DNA of 64,000 bases from Octopus vulgaris (Eukaryota): contig OX597814.1 in NCBI GenBank assembly GCA_951406725.2, forward strand, positions 155,248,001-155,312,000. The letters run 5' to 3'. Shown here piece after piece: positions 26,281 to 40,181 of this stretch. How positions within the stretch are numbered: the first letter of the stretch is position 1; every line of letters begins with the position of its first letter. Both the position numbers and the translations under genes were made by a program. The notes beneath the pieces are model-generated. The model saw nothing but the letters and a program-made list of their open reading frames with translations. It made no database searches and was not told where the DNA came from.

Positions 26281-26756
26281 CATAAATACATACATACATA
26301 CATACATACATACATACATACATACATACATACATACATACATACATACATACATACATGCATGCATGCATACATATATGTTGATTTTGAAAAGAGTGGG
26401 ACAGGTTCGGTAAGTTAGTTGTAAGAAAAAGAGGAGCATTGTGGCTTGAACGTCTTAGATCGTAGATCTGTTCTGTCGGAGCAATCATAAAAATACACCC
26501 CTACAACAATAACAATAACAACAACAGCAATGATACGAGCAACAAAAACCTTGCAGTTTTATCATTGTCCAAACATAGTTACAAAACTCCAACACTGTAA
26601 CATAGAGATTTATATTTTTTTATCTACAATAATTTCGCTTAATATGTAAGCAGGTTATTTATTTAGTCTGAATAGCAACAGAAATGTTTACGTCTATACC
26701 GTAAGATCAAAGCAATATAATATGAAATAAAAAATTTGAATTCTTAATATACTAAC

Positions 26757-27062
26757 CTTACAGTGCTGGACGTAGTTTTCGTCGACCCAGTGAACGAAGA
26801 AATCGGCATTTGAACAATTCCCATATGCTGAGTAACCAACTCCGAACCATTCATCTAACGTCACGACCGCCAAAAGGCGGAAGTTTACCACATTTCGTTT
26901 ATAGTCAACGTCCCACCATAAATGGAAACGACGCTGGCTGTCCAGATAAGCATTATATTTATAATGCTGACGACCTGTGACCTTGGGAGCAGCTTTAAGA
27001 ACGATTAGAAGTATGAGTAACACCTGGCAATAATGCAGCCAACTTTTTGGTCTTCTTAACAT
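26757..27062 (-). CDS. Tbh: Tyramine/dopamine beta-hydroxylase, coding exon 1 (signal/anchor peptide and start of DOMON domain)
   Basis: MLRRPKSWLHYCQVLLILLIVLKAA...FHLWWDVDY...WFGVGYSAYGNCSNADFFVHW...QHCK; ATG directly follows a tttttcag acceptor; ends at a GTTAGT donor, phase 0. Confidence 0.9.
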
Positions 27063-27239
27063 CTGAAAAAGAGAAATATTTCTTTTTGAGTTTATTGTTA
27101 TTTTAATTTCCGTTTTGGTATATAATAGATATACTAAAATACACCTACAATACTTACACTACTGCTTTCCTTTCTTTCACATGACTTCTGTTTATTGTTT
27201 ACCCTAAGAGAGAAGCTCTATCTATCTCTATTCACTCTT

Positions 27240-27536
27240 TTCAAGCCTAGCCAGGCTCATGGGCCCGGGTTCCCGGTTTCTGTGGCGTATGTGTTACCCC
27301 CAGCTGGACGGGACGCCAGTCCATCGCGGCGTTACTCAAGAAACAGGAAGAGAGAGTGAGAGAAAGTTGTGGCGAAAGAGTACAACAGGGGTCACCACCA
27401 CCCCCTGCCGGAGCCTCGCGGAGCTTTTAGGTGTTTTCGCTCAATAAACATACACAACGCCCGGTCTGGGAATCGAAACCGCGATCCTCTGATCGCGACT
27501 CCGCTGCCCTAACCACTGGGTCATTGGGCCTCCACA
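27240..27536 (-). mobile_element. SINE family C-related copy
   Basis: Minus-strand head TGTGGAGGCCCAATGACCCAGTGGTTAGGGCAGCGG...GGTTTCGATTCC; tail shared with 20293-20550. Confidence 0.8.
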
Positions 27537-28115
27537 AGAGAGAAGCACTGCAGTTAAATAATAATTTTCCGACAAAGTAGGTCTTGTATTAGCGTTTGTT
27601 TTCTGGTGATGCTATTTCATTTATCTTGGGTTCCTTTTGAGACATAAGGTATAAATAGTTGAAAGCTGCAGGTTGTATTACCAAAGATAACACAAAAGCT
27701 ATTTGAGCCTTAATCATTCATTGCTTCATATACGGTAGCGAACTGGCACAGTTGTTGCGGCATCGGACTGAATTCCTTGTGGTATTTATTGCGACTCCTT
27801 GAGTTCAAAACTTGCTAAGAAAATAACAAATTCGGGGTGGTAGATTTGTGGAACGCCAGATCGAATGCCTATCGTTTTTTGTCTTTTTGTATTTTGTATT
27901 TCGAGATCAAATCTCGCTATAGCCTACTTAGCTGGCAGATTAAAACCGTTACTAGGTTTAATATTATCTGATATCTTGAATATCCTTAGTGGAGAGAGTG
28001 GCTGTTGCAAGTTTTCATGTCAGATTTCTGGTTTGAGAATAAATACCCTACTTCTTTCGTCCCACCAATCTCGGTAGTCCTGTCCTGTAATGGGTCACAA
28101 TCGGTGCCTTACCTC

Positions 28116-28182
<67 letters not shown>

Positions 28183-28284
28183 TGGCAGAGATAGGTAGAT
28201 AAATAGATAGAAATAGATAGATAGATAGATATAGAGAGAGGCAGAGATAGGTAGATAAATACATAGAGATAGATAGATAGATAG

Positions 28285-28342
<58 letters not shown>

Positions 28343-29634
28343 TAAGAACCTATAAAGGAGTGCGAAATATTTATACGGGATGAAATAATTTCTTCAACTT
28401 AGAATGCGACCGCTTGCAGTCATAACCTCTATTTTTATAGACTCTGTTGTAGGGCACTGCTCATGAGATTATAACGGACAAACTTTAGACAAAGACCTTC
28501 ACTGCACGCTAGCTATCGAGCTGGTCTGCAGAGAAGGGACTTTCGGTTAGGCAGTAAACGAGACTGGCGGTTTAAATGGCCAATCTTACTCTCCCTCACA
28601 GTGCAAATGATTGAAGCGGAATAAACGATACTTCGACACACTCTGGTTTCTGATTATTTTATGTATATCTTAACAAAACTATATTGCATCTTTATCTAGT
28701 CAAAATTAATCATTGCATTTACTTTTCTTAATGGTAGTAATTCTGCTTTTCCGATCCTTGAACTTTATTTTATCGACCACGGAAATCTGACAGTTAAAGT
28801 TCCCTTCGAAGGAGTTTGAACTTAGAATTAAATGGCTATAACTAAAAACATAAGCCATTTTTACAATGCTCTACGGATCCCGCATTCCACCACTCCGATC
28901 TTTCTTGCATTTATGAAAATAATTCTCAAATCTTGCTCTCACGAGTTTTCTTTTCTGTGTAGGATTTAGTGTAAAGAAATATTTGACTAAAAAATTTGCT
29001 CGACTGTCATTGAAAACACAGGTTGAATTAATATACTATTTACATTATTTACATTTGGTGTTAACAACAAACAAGACGAGGACAAATATCCGTGAAATGT
29101 AAATAATGTACATAATTCCTATTATTAAATATAGAACTGATTTAAAATAGATTGAAACAAAAACAAATACATTTTTAGAGGTTATTCAAAAAGTCCTTTG
29201 CACGTCAGACATAAGGTCTAAAATTTTGCGGGAGAGATCTAGTCAATTAAATTGACTCTTGTATTCAACTGGTACACACTTTTTCGACCCCGAAAGGATG
29301 TAAGTCAAAGTCGATCTCGACAAAATTTGAACTGAGAACGAAAAGACAGACGACATGTCGCTGAGCATTTTGTCCGGCATATTAGCTTATTTCTCTCCCT
29401 TCTTCCCACACGTCTTAGAGGACCTACATATAAAAGATTAATGGTACCTCAGCCCTTTCGTTTTTAGATTGAATCACAATGTAGGAAAAATATCCAAATA
29501 CTATTTCTATTTATTTATTTCATAATTTAGTGAGCTGTTGGGAAATAGTAACACTAGAGATGACATATAGCAAATTAAATCGACCCAAATACACTCTAAC
29601 ATACACATACAAACATTCGTGTGTGTTTGTACAA

Positions 29635-29780
29635 GGCGGCGAGCTGGCAGACTAGTTAGCACGTCAGGCGAAATGCTTAGCGGCGTTTCGTCTGCCACTG
29701 CGTTCTGAGTTCAAATTCCGCCGAGGTCGACTTTGCCTTTCATCCTTTCGAGGTCGATAAATTAAGTACCAGTTGAGCAA
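29635..29780 (+). mobile_element. SINE family A, 3'-truncated
   Basis: Head and core match. Confidence 0.8.
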
Positions 29781-30269
29781 ATACATACACACACACGCGC
29801 GCGAACTCATACAGACACACGCCAATACATTAGCCTCAACAGTCACATAGTCACACAAAGTTTCTATCTGTGAGTTCTTTCAGGTCCTTGGTGGAGCGGT
29901 GAATTAAGGAGGGCATATTGATCCCTTGGGAAGTAGGAGTAGAGAGTGGAGTCCTGCCGCTGAGACAAAGAAACTTGGAAAGGCGACGAACCGAATGATC
30001 AAAAACGAGGGAAAATTCAAACTTTGCTATAAGTTTCGAGTACTCTTTCTCCTCTTTCTATATCAAAACACACACACACACACACGCGCATACACACACA
30101 CACATACACACAAACACACACACGCGCGCGCATACACACACACACACACACATACATACACACACACACACACATATATATATATATGGTGTTTGTGGTG
30201 TCGATGGTCAGAGGTGGACAGTGGAGGGGCACTGGAAGGGAGAGCCCCCGACGTTAAAAAATAAAGTGG

Positions 30270-31810
30270 GCTGCTATCAACATACGTCTGACCAAGCTGG
30301 GGCCCGGGCTAAATTCAGCGCCAAAGATTATGGCAACAGTTCTCAAGGCCATCCTGGGAAAGGTGGACAGAGTAAAAAAGGCCACCAATCCGTACATTGA
30401 TGACATTGTGGTGGATGAAACCGTAATGCCAGCAACGGGTGTCATAGGCCACCTGAAGAGTTTTGGACTGATCGCTAAGCCACCAGAGGCAATGGAAGGA
30501 GGCGCTACACAGGGCCTTAAGCTATGGAGAGACAAGGCCGGCGCGTTGGTGTTCCGGTGAGGGAACAAGATCTCCGAACTGGGCACCAGCATGAGTAGAA
30601 GGGAACTGTTCTCGGTGTGTGGGACACTACCCGATTACAGGATGGCTCCGGACAGCATGTAGCTTCATCAAGGGATGAGCCGAAGGAGTGAAGTGGAACG
30701 ACAGAGTGGGGGAAAAGACGACCTACATGATACAGGAAGTCTTGGTCAGAGTGAGAGTAGAGGATCCAGTGAGGGGCAGTTGGTATGTTCCCAAATCAAA
30801 GAGCGGGATTGTAGGGTGTGATGCCAGTAGCATCACAATAGGGGTTGTCTTGGAAGTAGGAGGCGTCGTAGTGGAAGATGCAGCCTGGCTCAGGAAGACG
30901 GATGACTGCAGCCATATCAACGTGGCGGAGTTGGATGCCGTGTTGAAGGGAGTAAACCTAGTCTTGAAGTGGGCGCTGCGCACCATAGAAATTAGGACCG
31001 ATTCGGCCACTGTACTTGGTTGGGTGACAGCAGTCATTACCAATGAGCGGAGGGTGCGAACCAAAGGGGCCGCAGATATGTTGGTAAAGCGTCGATTGGG
31101 GACACTGCGAGAACTAACCGCTGAATTCGATCTAAAGCTGAGCGTGATCTTTGTGCCTTCTGAGAAGAATAGGGCAGATGTCCTGACCAGAATAAAGCGA
31201 GCCTGGTTGCAGGTGTCAGAGGATGCGGAGCAGGCAGTGGCCGCAGTATGCCGTCTGAGTGACTCGGAGTTGAGGAAATTACATAACATGCATCACATGG
31301 GGATGTACAGGACATTGTTCCTAGCCAGGAAAGTCGACTCCGATGTAACAAGACGGAGCGTGCAAATAGTGGTTAGCAGCTGTGACAGGTTCCAGTCTAT
31401 CGACCCTGCTCTGGGCGTTCATGAGGCGGGAAGTATTCCAGTGGACCACGACAGGAAACGACTGGCGGTGGACATAACACACTACCGAAGAACAACGTCT
31501 CTGTCGATGGTATGCCATGCCATGTTTTAGATGTGCGGAAGATTGTCAATGTTTCAGAGGATGGAACCAGCAGCAGTGGGCAACAAGATGAAGACAGCTG
31601 CAGTAGGCAAGATGATGAAGCCAGCAGCATGCCAGGAACTCAAGCCAGTCCTGGAGTCGCACAGCGACCACAGAGGGAGCGGCACCCTCCTCCCTGGTTG
31701 GCTGATTATGAAACCAGTTAAGGTGTGAGTTCGGGAGCGAGGAGTTAGTGGGAAAGCCGGTTGAATGATCTGTAGATCAGGGGGGCGTGTGGTGTTTGTG
31801 GTGTTATGGG
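30270..31810 (+). mobile_element. Degenerate LTR retrotransposon pol (Ty3/Gypsy-like): RT, RNase H and start of integrase
   Basis: LNSAPKIM...PYIDDIVV (RT); CDASSITIG...HINVAELDAV...IRTDSATV...NRADVLTR (RNase H); LHNMHHMG...CDRFQSID...LAVDITH (integrase); purine tract AGGGGGGCG then TGTGG at about 31779-31792. Confidence 0.85.
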
Positions 31811-33198
31811 CTGTGATGAGCTATATAATGGTAAAAGAATTTGGGTATCATTGTTCTAGATATTCTCTCTATAAAAACTAATGATTGTTTCCGTTTGTTA
31901 ATGGTTTATCAAGGCCTGAAACACAACAAACTAGAATAACACCATCACCACCACCAACAATCTTGCTGGTAACAATGGCAACACCTTCCGCTAAACTCTC
32001 TTCTGACATCTAAATATTAATAACATCATGGTTTTCTTCTAGCAATTCTAGAAACTATAACCATATAACGCCTTCATACATAAAACATTGTTTAATAACG
32101 AATATATGTTTTCTCTCTTAATATAATTAGTTCAGCAGAATTCAATTTGAATGGTGAGTCACGGAAAAACATCGCCATGCTTATTTTTTCGTTGAAATAT
32201 TGGCAGTGTCGATGACTACAGCATTACCTATTTGAAATAGAGAAGTAATATATATACACACATATATAGTATAAATATGAATATACACACATATATACAT
32301 GTGCGTATGTATGTATATATGTACATACTTGGATATGCATATCTATTTATATAATATGCATATAAGCATATATATGCATATACATGTATGCATATGTATT
32401 TGTAATTGTATATGTATATATATATGTATATATATATATATATATATATGCATACATACATATACACATGCATATACGTGTGTATATGTATTAATATTTG
32501 TACAATAGATCCATTTCAATTAATTTTTCTAGTCGATTTCAAACACGAGAGTTAGGGCAAAAACAATCATGTATGGCGATTTACGTGTATGTGAAAGTGT
32601 ATGCTTATATGTAATAAGTTCTGTGTGACAAACATTTAGATTTTAGTATTGAGTATTACTGATGATAGAAGTTCTTATGTCATATTCGTGATAGCATACG
32701 TCTGTATTCAAATACATATTTCTGTTCATGAGGGTAGGGACGGAAAATTTCGCGTCCAAAGTTTAGGTCGATAACAGGGTGAAGAGAGTTCTTTCGTATA
32801 ACTCTTTTCTCCGCTAAGCAGAGACAGGCCTCCAGTGGCAAAGAGGCACCACCCTACTCTTCCCACTAACCCTTATCATGAGTACTGAGATTGTTCCCCA
32901 TCCCACTCTGCCCTGTCACTAAACTCTCGAGTAGGAAACTGAATGGATAAATAATAGTGTATCATATAAGTATCACTATCACCATTCTATATTCGCGATA
33001 GCATCCGCCTGTATCCAAGCACATATTTCTGTTCACAAGGGCAGGGACGGAAAGTTTCATGTTTACAGTTTAGATAGATAATCGGGTGAAGAGAGTATAA
33101 TAAGAAATTACATACTCGACAAGTGAACAAGAAGTTTTTCATTTATATAATCGCTCATACACACATACACACACACACACACACACACGCATACACAC

Positions 33199-33245
<47 letters not shown>

Positions 33246-33694
33246 GATACATATATGCAAGTGTGTATATACATATGTATGTGTGTATGTGTTTCATTCA
33301 CTACATTACTATATTTAAATTTTGTCATTTTTCTATATTTTTCATGGCTTTATTAGTTTCTTTTTTTTTTACATCAATTTGAACCAGTAGAATTCCTAAG
33401 TCCTTATCCCACGTTCCTAAATCTTCACTGCCTCATTTTAAAGTTCTACAAACGTCAGAAATGGATTTAGAAACACTACTGTACGAAATCACCCCTGAGA
33501 ATGCTAATGAGAAAAGAGGAAAAATATAAAATAAAAACGATAAAAAAGAAAAATGGGATTATCATAGTTGAAGAGCTCTTAATCTTAGATTTACTGATCA
33601 GAGTTGAGCTGTGAATAAACGAAAAACATACACGGGTACACATGCATACACACGTACACACAAATACATACACACATATATACATACAAACTAG

Positions 33695-33982
33695 TGACTA
33701 GAGCAGCGGACTCGCGGTCGAGGGATCGCGGGTTTGAATCTCAGACCGAGCGATGTGTGTGTTTATGAGCAAAACACTTAAGCTCCACGCGGCTCCGGCT
33801 GAAGGTAATGGCGAAACTTCTGCTGACTCTTTCGCCACAACTTTCTCACACTCTTTCCTCCTGCATCTTGCAGCTCGCCTGCGGTGGACCGGCGTCCCGT
33901 CCAGGTGGGGAGCCTATACGCCAAAGAAACCGGGAAATCGGCCCTTATGAGCCAGGCATGGCTCGAGAAGGAACAAACAAAA
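33695..33982 (+). mobile_element. tRNA-derived SINE family C
   Basis: AGAGCAGCGGACTCGCGGTCGAGGGATCGCGGGTTTGAATCTC head; related copies 9995-10133 (internally deleted), 20293-20550 and 27240-27536 (-). Confidence 0.8.
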
Positions 33983-35190
33983 TACATACAAACAAACCTA
34001 CATACACACATAAAGCAATGGATGAGAATACACACATAGAGCAATGCATGAGAATACATGCATGAAGCAAAACGTACAAATCTGCACACATACATACATA
34101 CATGCATACATACATACATACATACATACATACATGCATACATACATACATGCATACATACATACATGCATACATACATACATACATACATACATACATA
34201 CATACATAAATACATACATGCATCCATACATACATACATACATACATACATACATACATACATACATACATACATACATACATACATACATACATACATA
34301 CCCTGTTGTTGATGTTGAAATTTCAATGAAGGAGCCTTGAATCTAGGTTAGAAATCGGCACTATAGTGGCAAGAAATCTTGAAATAAAACTGAATAAGGA
34401 CATGCATACTGATGTTTGTAAAGCTGTACACAGACACATTTATACAGAAATTCTAGATTTTATCACTAACTATTGAAAACTAGATTATATCACATGTAGA
34501 AACTCATTCATAATGCTAATAGTGAACTCATTTCTGTGCTGAAAATACACGGGAAATTCATTTTCATTTAACTTTTATACCATCAATATGGTTAAAATGA
34601 TTGCCAGAGTGTTCAAAGGTAACGAGAAAAGTTACCTTTGAACACTTGACCGGCAAGAAATAAAATAAATCGCCTTCAAGTCACACTTGACCGTCTTAAG
34701 TCTAAGTTAAGAGTAGTGAAATGGATGGAGAGACCCCGTTGGAATACCTTTGATCAAATATCTGTTTGATAGGGAACGATCTGCGGCTAAAGATAAAAGA
34801 ATGAACTCTTACTGACCTTCTTTCTTTTAATCGTTTAGAGGTCGCGTATAAAACGTAAAATGAAACTTCTAAACTCTTAAACACTCTCAAGACATTTTAC
34901 AATTGCTGTGATATTATGTATCCGAAGGCTAAGGCCTTAGTTTTAATTTCTATATGAATTCACTTTACTTCATTTACACTTCTAAAATTCTGGAGAAATG
35001 CGTAAATGTCAATTAGTTATTTTCATTTCTGTAAGCTAGCGCCCTTATGTTGAGTATGAAATCAACTTTTTGCTGATACATGTTCTGAAGGCAATTTTTT
35101 GCGGTAAGTAAATTGAATAATCCACCGTGTCTGGTATTGTTGTTGTTACTGTTGTTGTTGTTGTTGTTATTATTATTATTATTATTATTA

Positions 35191-35290
35191 TTGAGTGAGA
35201 GAGCGGTGCTTGCCATCAAAGGGAAACTGGGGTAAAATATACAAAGCCCAGTATACTCATCATTACTACCTGTCTGATAAGGGCACACCA
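35191..35290 (-). mobile_element. 3' ~100 bp of the (AAT)n-associated element
   Basis: Reverse complement of the element 3' end, abutting (ATT)n. Confidence 0.7.
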
Positions 35291-36489
35291 GACCTGATCG
35301 GCACTGTTGTAAAGGAAAACTAGGTAACTAGAGCAAAGATCATCCAAAAAAAGTCGGTGGGTTGCAGTTTTGCACTTGAAGAGGCAGGTGAATGTCATAT
35401 AATAGCATCGTAGGACGCTGGACGGACATACCGGTTAAATTTCTCGGGGTCTGATTTGGTTGAAACTTCCAAGTGGAGAGAAACTAGGACGAAGTGACAA
35501 GGGTAACCCATCTCATCCAGAAATTTTCTGAGAGAAAGTTTTCGTTGAAAGGACGGGTAGTGATGCGAACACGTACATCGCCTTCGTCGTATACCATCGC
35601 TTGACTGTCGTGGCTTATTCCAATTCACGCCTGATTAGAATGAAGAGCCGACTCTTCTGCTATCTGTGGAAGGAATGCTTTTGGCTTGTCAGGTGCTTCA
35701 TTTACAGTCAATGCCCGTTGACTGGAGAACTCTTGTGGCTGATGATGGGCAGACATGGGGCTTCGACATCTCGAACGGTTCCTTGAAACCGAGCACTGTT
35801 TATCAGACTCGCTTTCCCGCTGCTCGTTTTTTTTTTTTTTGAGTTGCAGAACTGCGTCAAACGTAGACCAAGGAAAGGTGCTTGGTACCTAGGGTACCGA
35901 CAGGCGCTCGCAGCTCTCTTCTAGTCGCGCACTGCGGTCGGTGGAAGTTAGACTTTGGAGTTCTATAGAGGTTTAGTGACGAGTAGGAGTGATATAATTC
36001 TCATGGAGACACTGGGCGTCGATGAGTATGAACTGGCTCGTCTATTCCGCTGGACTTTCGGGCCAGGGCTCATGGTCGATTTCCAGAAGTCTCTGGTCTG
36101 ATACTGCCGATTCGAAATAGACTTTACAGGTATGGAGATGCTGTCAGCCGGACTAGCCCGAAATGCACGCAGAACGACGAAATTGTTCCGTACGCACTCA
36201 TCCGATGCTGGAGAATTGCTGACTTGTACGTTTATCTCGAGCACCTACAGTCGTGTGTAGGATGGATCCGGCTATCGTTTGAGTCGATTGTGAAGATGGT
36301 CACGTCGCATCATTTTGGCCGATATGGACAGTCGGGTGACATTAGAGGTGTGTATTGGACCAGACTGTAAGGTTAGTCAGACACTTTACGGAGTGGATGA
36401 AATAAGTACCATTTGAGCACTTGGGTCGATGCAATAGACTTACTTCTATCCCCAAACCGTTGTGTTAAAATTTGAAATTATTATTCTTT

Positions 36490-36857
36490 TACTCTTTTAC
36501 TTGTTTCACTCATTTCATTGTGGCCATACTGGGCCCCAGGACTTATTCTTTGTAAGCCTAGTACTTATTCTATTGGTATCTTTTGCCGAACCGCTTAGTT
36601 ACGGGTACGTAAACACACCAGTATCGGTTGTCAAGCGATGTTGGGGAGGACAAACACAGACACACAAACATATACACACACATTCATATATATATATATA
36701 CACATATATACGACGGGCTTCTTTCAGTTTCTACCAAATCCACTAAATAGGCTTTGGTCGGCCCGAGGCTATAGTAGAGCCCAAGGTGCCATGCAGTGGG
36801 ACTGAACCCCGAAACATGTGATTCGTAAGCAAGCTACTTACCACAAAGCCACTCCTT
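36490..36857 (-). mobile_element. SINE family B
   Basis: Reverse complement of 19305-19757. Confidence 0.8.
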
Positions 36858-37829
36858 ATTAAGAATGTCAACTGGCATTAATCGTTAGCACGCACGACCG
36901 AATGATTTGCAGCATTTCTTCCAGCTCTTTGCGTTGTGTATTCAAATAACACCTTTCGGAGACGATAAATATAAAATAACAGTGAAGTGCTGGGGTTGAT
37001 GTAAACAATTTACCTTTCCTCTCAATATTGCTGACCATGACAGAATAAATGAATAAGTGACCTCGGGCCATAATATGAAATCTATTATTATTTTTCTTTA
37101 CCAACGTTCAAGGTAATATTATTTACAGAAGCAGCAAAGCGAAACAACGTAGTTAAAATACCCAATCCTCGTTGTTTGCCGCTTGGTATATGGCACCGCC
37201 AACGAGGGAAAAATCTTTCTCCATGATGAAGGAGTGATTAGAGTTCGTAGTGCTGAAAGTGTGTGTGTCTGTATATGTGTGTATGCATGTATGTATGTAT
37301 GTGTGTGTATGCATGTAGTGCACACATATACAGACACACACACTATATATACTATATATATACGTATATACGTATATGTATATACGTATATATACTATAT
37401 ATATATACGTATATACGTATATGTATATGTGTATATACTTGTGTCTGTGTATGTATGCACTACATACATACACACACACATACATACATACATACATACA
37501 TACATACATACATACATACATACATACATACATGCATACATACATACATACGAACATAGAGTGCCTGAGATGTTTAATATAGGAAATATGAATTTATTTC
37601 AACATAAATAATTTTTATTTGCTTAGTAATAGAAGGAAAGATGCACCAATGGTTTTCCATTTATTTAAGACATCGGCGGCTGTTTGAATGAAGTTATATT
37701 CAAGCCAGAGACCTAGCTCAAATACTTGCAACTCTGCGATGCTCACTAAGGGCACCTGAAAATCAAGTGTTGGTATTAAACCGGTCGGCCGATCAAATCT
37801 TCCGACAAAAAACTTAGAAAATGAGCTGG

Positions 37830-38050
37830 AACAAATATCGCAATGTATTTAAAACGACATTCTAACAACTGCGTTCTGGGCTGGACTTTTATTTTATAGA
37901 GCTTAGACTGGTTCAACTTCTGGAGGCACTTCGACAAATCAACGTCACCCAAGCCGGACTCTTTACCCACTGGTGCCTAAGACACCGTGAGGATATTGTT
38001 ATCAAACCGGCTGACAAATATGAAGCTGCAGTTGTGTGGCGTGCAGGCTC
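37830..38050 (+). mobile_element. Degenerate Penelope-type RT N-terminal fragment
   Basis: 37981-38045 translates as HREDIVIKPADKYEAAVVWRA, resembling the DIVIKPADKG.AVV motif. Confidence 0.55.
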
Positions 38051-38343
38051 CGCTACTTCCAAGTCCCCTCTTGAATTCGTCCTCTACCTTCCTAATTACT
38101 CTTTACTACCACCTAAATATTGATCTAGGTAAGATTTGAACTCAGAGCGCAGTGAACTGGAACTAATATCGGAAATATATTCTGACCCATACTCTAAACA
38201 TTTATTCTAATTCGCTGCCTAATGTCACTGGGAAGGGCTTAGAAAGAAAGGCTTGGCCGTATTGTAAGAAGTTTGCTTCCCACCCACATTGTTGTGGGCT
38301 CCGTCCCACTGCGTTGCCAAGTGTCTTCTACTGTAGTCTCGGG

Positions 38344-38446
<103 letters not shown>

Positions 38447-38532
38447 CACATATATATACCGGAGTAAACACATACATGTGAAACAAGGTGGAAAAAGAGT
38501 ACTCAAGTACTAGGTGTAGAGTAATATGCTTT

Positions 38533-38567
38533 TGTCCGACGAACGGGAACGTGAAACTCAGAGTAAC
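38533..38567 (+). ncRNA. Minimal hammerhead-like motif with variant core (CCGACGA)
   Basis: tgt-CCGACGA-acg-ggaa-cgt-GAAA-ctcagag-TA^aca; all three stems pair; U4 replaced by C. Confidence 0.55.
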
Positions 38568-38602
38568 AGGTTTTGTTTAATTTTCTGCTGCTTTTAAATT
38601 AA

Positions 38603-38642
<40 letters not shown>

Positions 38643-38699
38643 CATTATTGGTGAATTGAAGAAATGGAGCTGAACGCAGATTGAACAGAAATCGTTTTA

Positions 38700-38789
38700 T
38701 TTCATTCTACACGTGTTTCGAAAGGCACAAAATTACCAAAATCCGATGGAATAATGGGACCATATTGTGTCTTTCTCTTCAGGAAGAAA
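38700..38789 (-). ncRNA. Hammerhead ribozyme, inverted copy in the Penelope 5' inverted arm
   Basis: Reverse complement of the 39883-39972 motif. Confidence 0.78.
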
Positions 38790-39882
38790 ATAGGAAATCC
38801 GTTGGAAAAACAAAAACAGAACAGAGGCAGGTCTCGGAACGAATATAGTGACAGGAACGCAGTTCTAATTTCAGAAACTAATCCTAGCAGAATTAGATTC
38901 ACGTCGGCAAACTCCAAGATCAAAAACGCCGTCTACCAATGCAAGGTTTACACGGACTCAGATGTCTTCACTTATGTAGGGGCCTCATCCTCAAGATTGT
39001 CTTTGCGTGTCTCCAACCATTACGCAACTTTTCGGGACATGAACAAGCGCCAGACCACGGGACTCAGTAAGCTAATATGGCGACTGAAGGATACGAACTT
39101 AAGCTACAGGCTGGAATGGTCAATTTTGTCGGTGGCCCTCCCATTTGATAGGGGCAGAAGGCAGTGCAACCTTTGTGTCTCCGAACTCTTCCATATTTTG
39201 TTTGCCAGAGGCCGGATGGTAAACGGGCTTTTACAGTCGGCTTTTCGATGCCCCCATTGGCGGCGTTACACTTATCTGGCTTTTAAATAGCGTTTATAAA
39301 TAATACCGGCACCCATAGCCCTTGGTAACAAATTCTGAAATAGCCTTTAAGATATCTACGATTAACCACTGCAAGGGGAATTACTCCTGTAAGACAAACG
39401 GGGCTTGGTTTTTTCACAGCGGGGGTTTCCTTGACAAGGCAGGCTTAGATGAGAACACACACACACATAAAACATGATATATATTTTTTTTTTTTTCTGC
39501 CACCCAACGGTCATCACGGCAGTAGCCACTGACAGCCGAACGATCAAACGCACACACGTACACAAAAAATGTTTTCTACCCCTACGCCAACACACACGTA
39601 TATAGAACAGTATACACACACACACGTCTCTAAGTAGATTTTTTCTCGCCCCTTATAAAACATCCAATATTCCTTAAATAGTCAGAACTTTATTCTCGGT
39701 CACAAAGAACATCTACGCCCCCTCACCCACATGATTGACCGATGCCTGACCCGTTGAATTCTTCAGCCACCGGTTCTCAACATACACTGATAAACAGTTT
39801 CGCCATGGGCTCTTAGGAGCATAGTTCGATTTGTTTTTGCTCCGCCTCTGTTCTGTTTTTGTTTTTCCAACGGATTTCCTAT

Positions 39883-39972
39883 TTTCTTCCTGAAGAGAAA
39901 GACACAATATGGTCCCATTATTCCATCGGATTTTGGTAATTTTGTGCCTTTCGAAACACGTGTAGAATGAAA
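39883..39972 (+). ncRNA. Type I hammerhead ribozyme in a Penelope pseudo-LTR
   Basis: ttc-CTGAAGA-gaaagacacaa...ttgtgcctttc-GAAA-cacgtg-TA^gaa; palindromic ACACGTGT stem III. Confidence 0.8.
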
Positions 39973-40181
39973 TAAAACGATTTCTGCTCAATCTGCGTTC
40001 AGCTCCATTTCTTCAATTCACCAATAATGTTCTAATTTCAATTATCCGCACCAACGCACGGTTGCAACACCATATGGTTGTACCTCCAACCGTGCTGTTT
40101 TACTGCTGTGATTTTTGCTACTAAGGTATCGGTTAAACTTTTGTTTAATCTACTACAAGATTATTCATCTTTCTATTTCAC

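Noticed and set aside
38754-38830. N-terminus of the 178-aa ORF
   Set aside because: Comes from the inverted pseudo-LTR arm; the ATG is fortuitous and the true Penelope frame is 5'-truncated.
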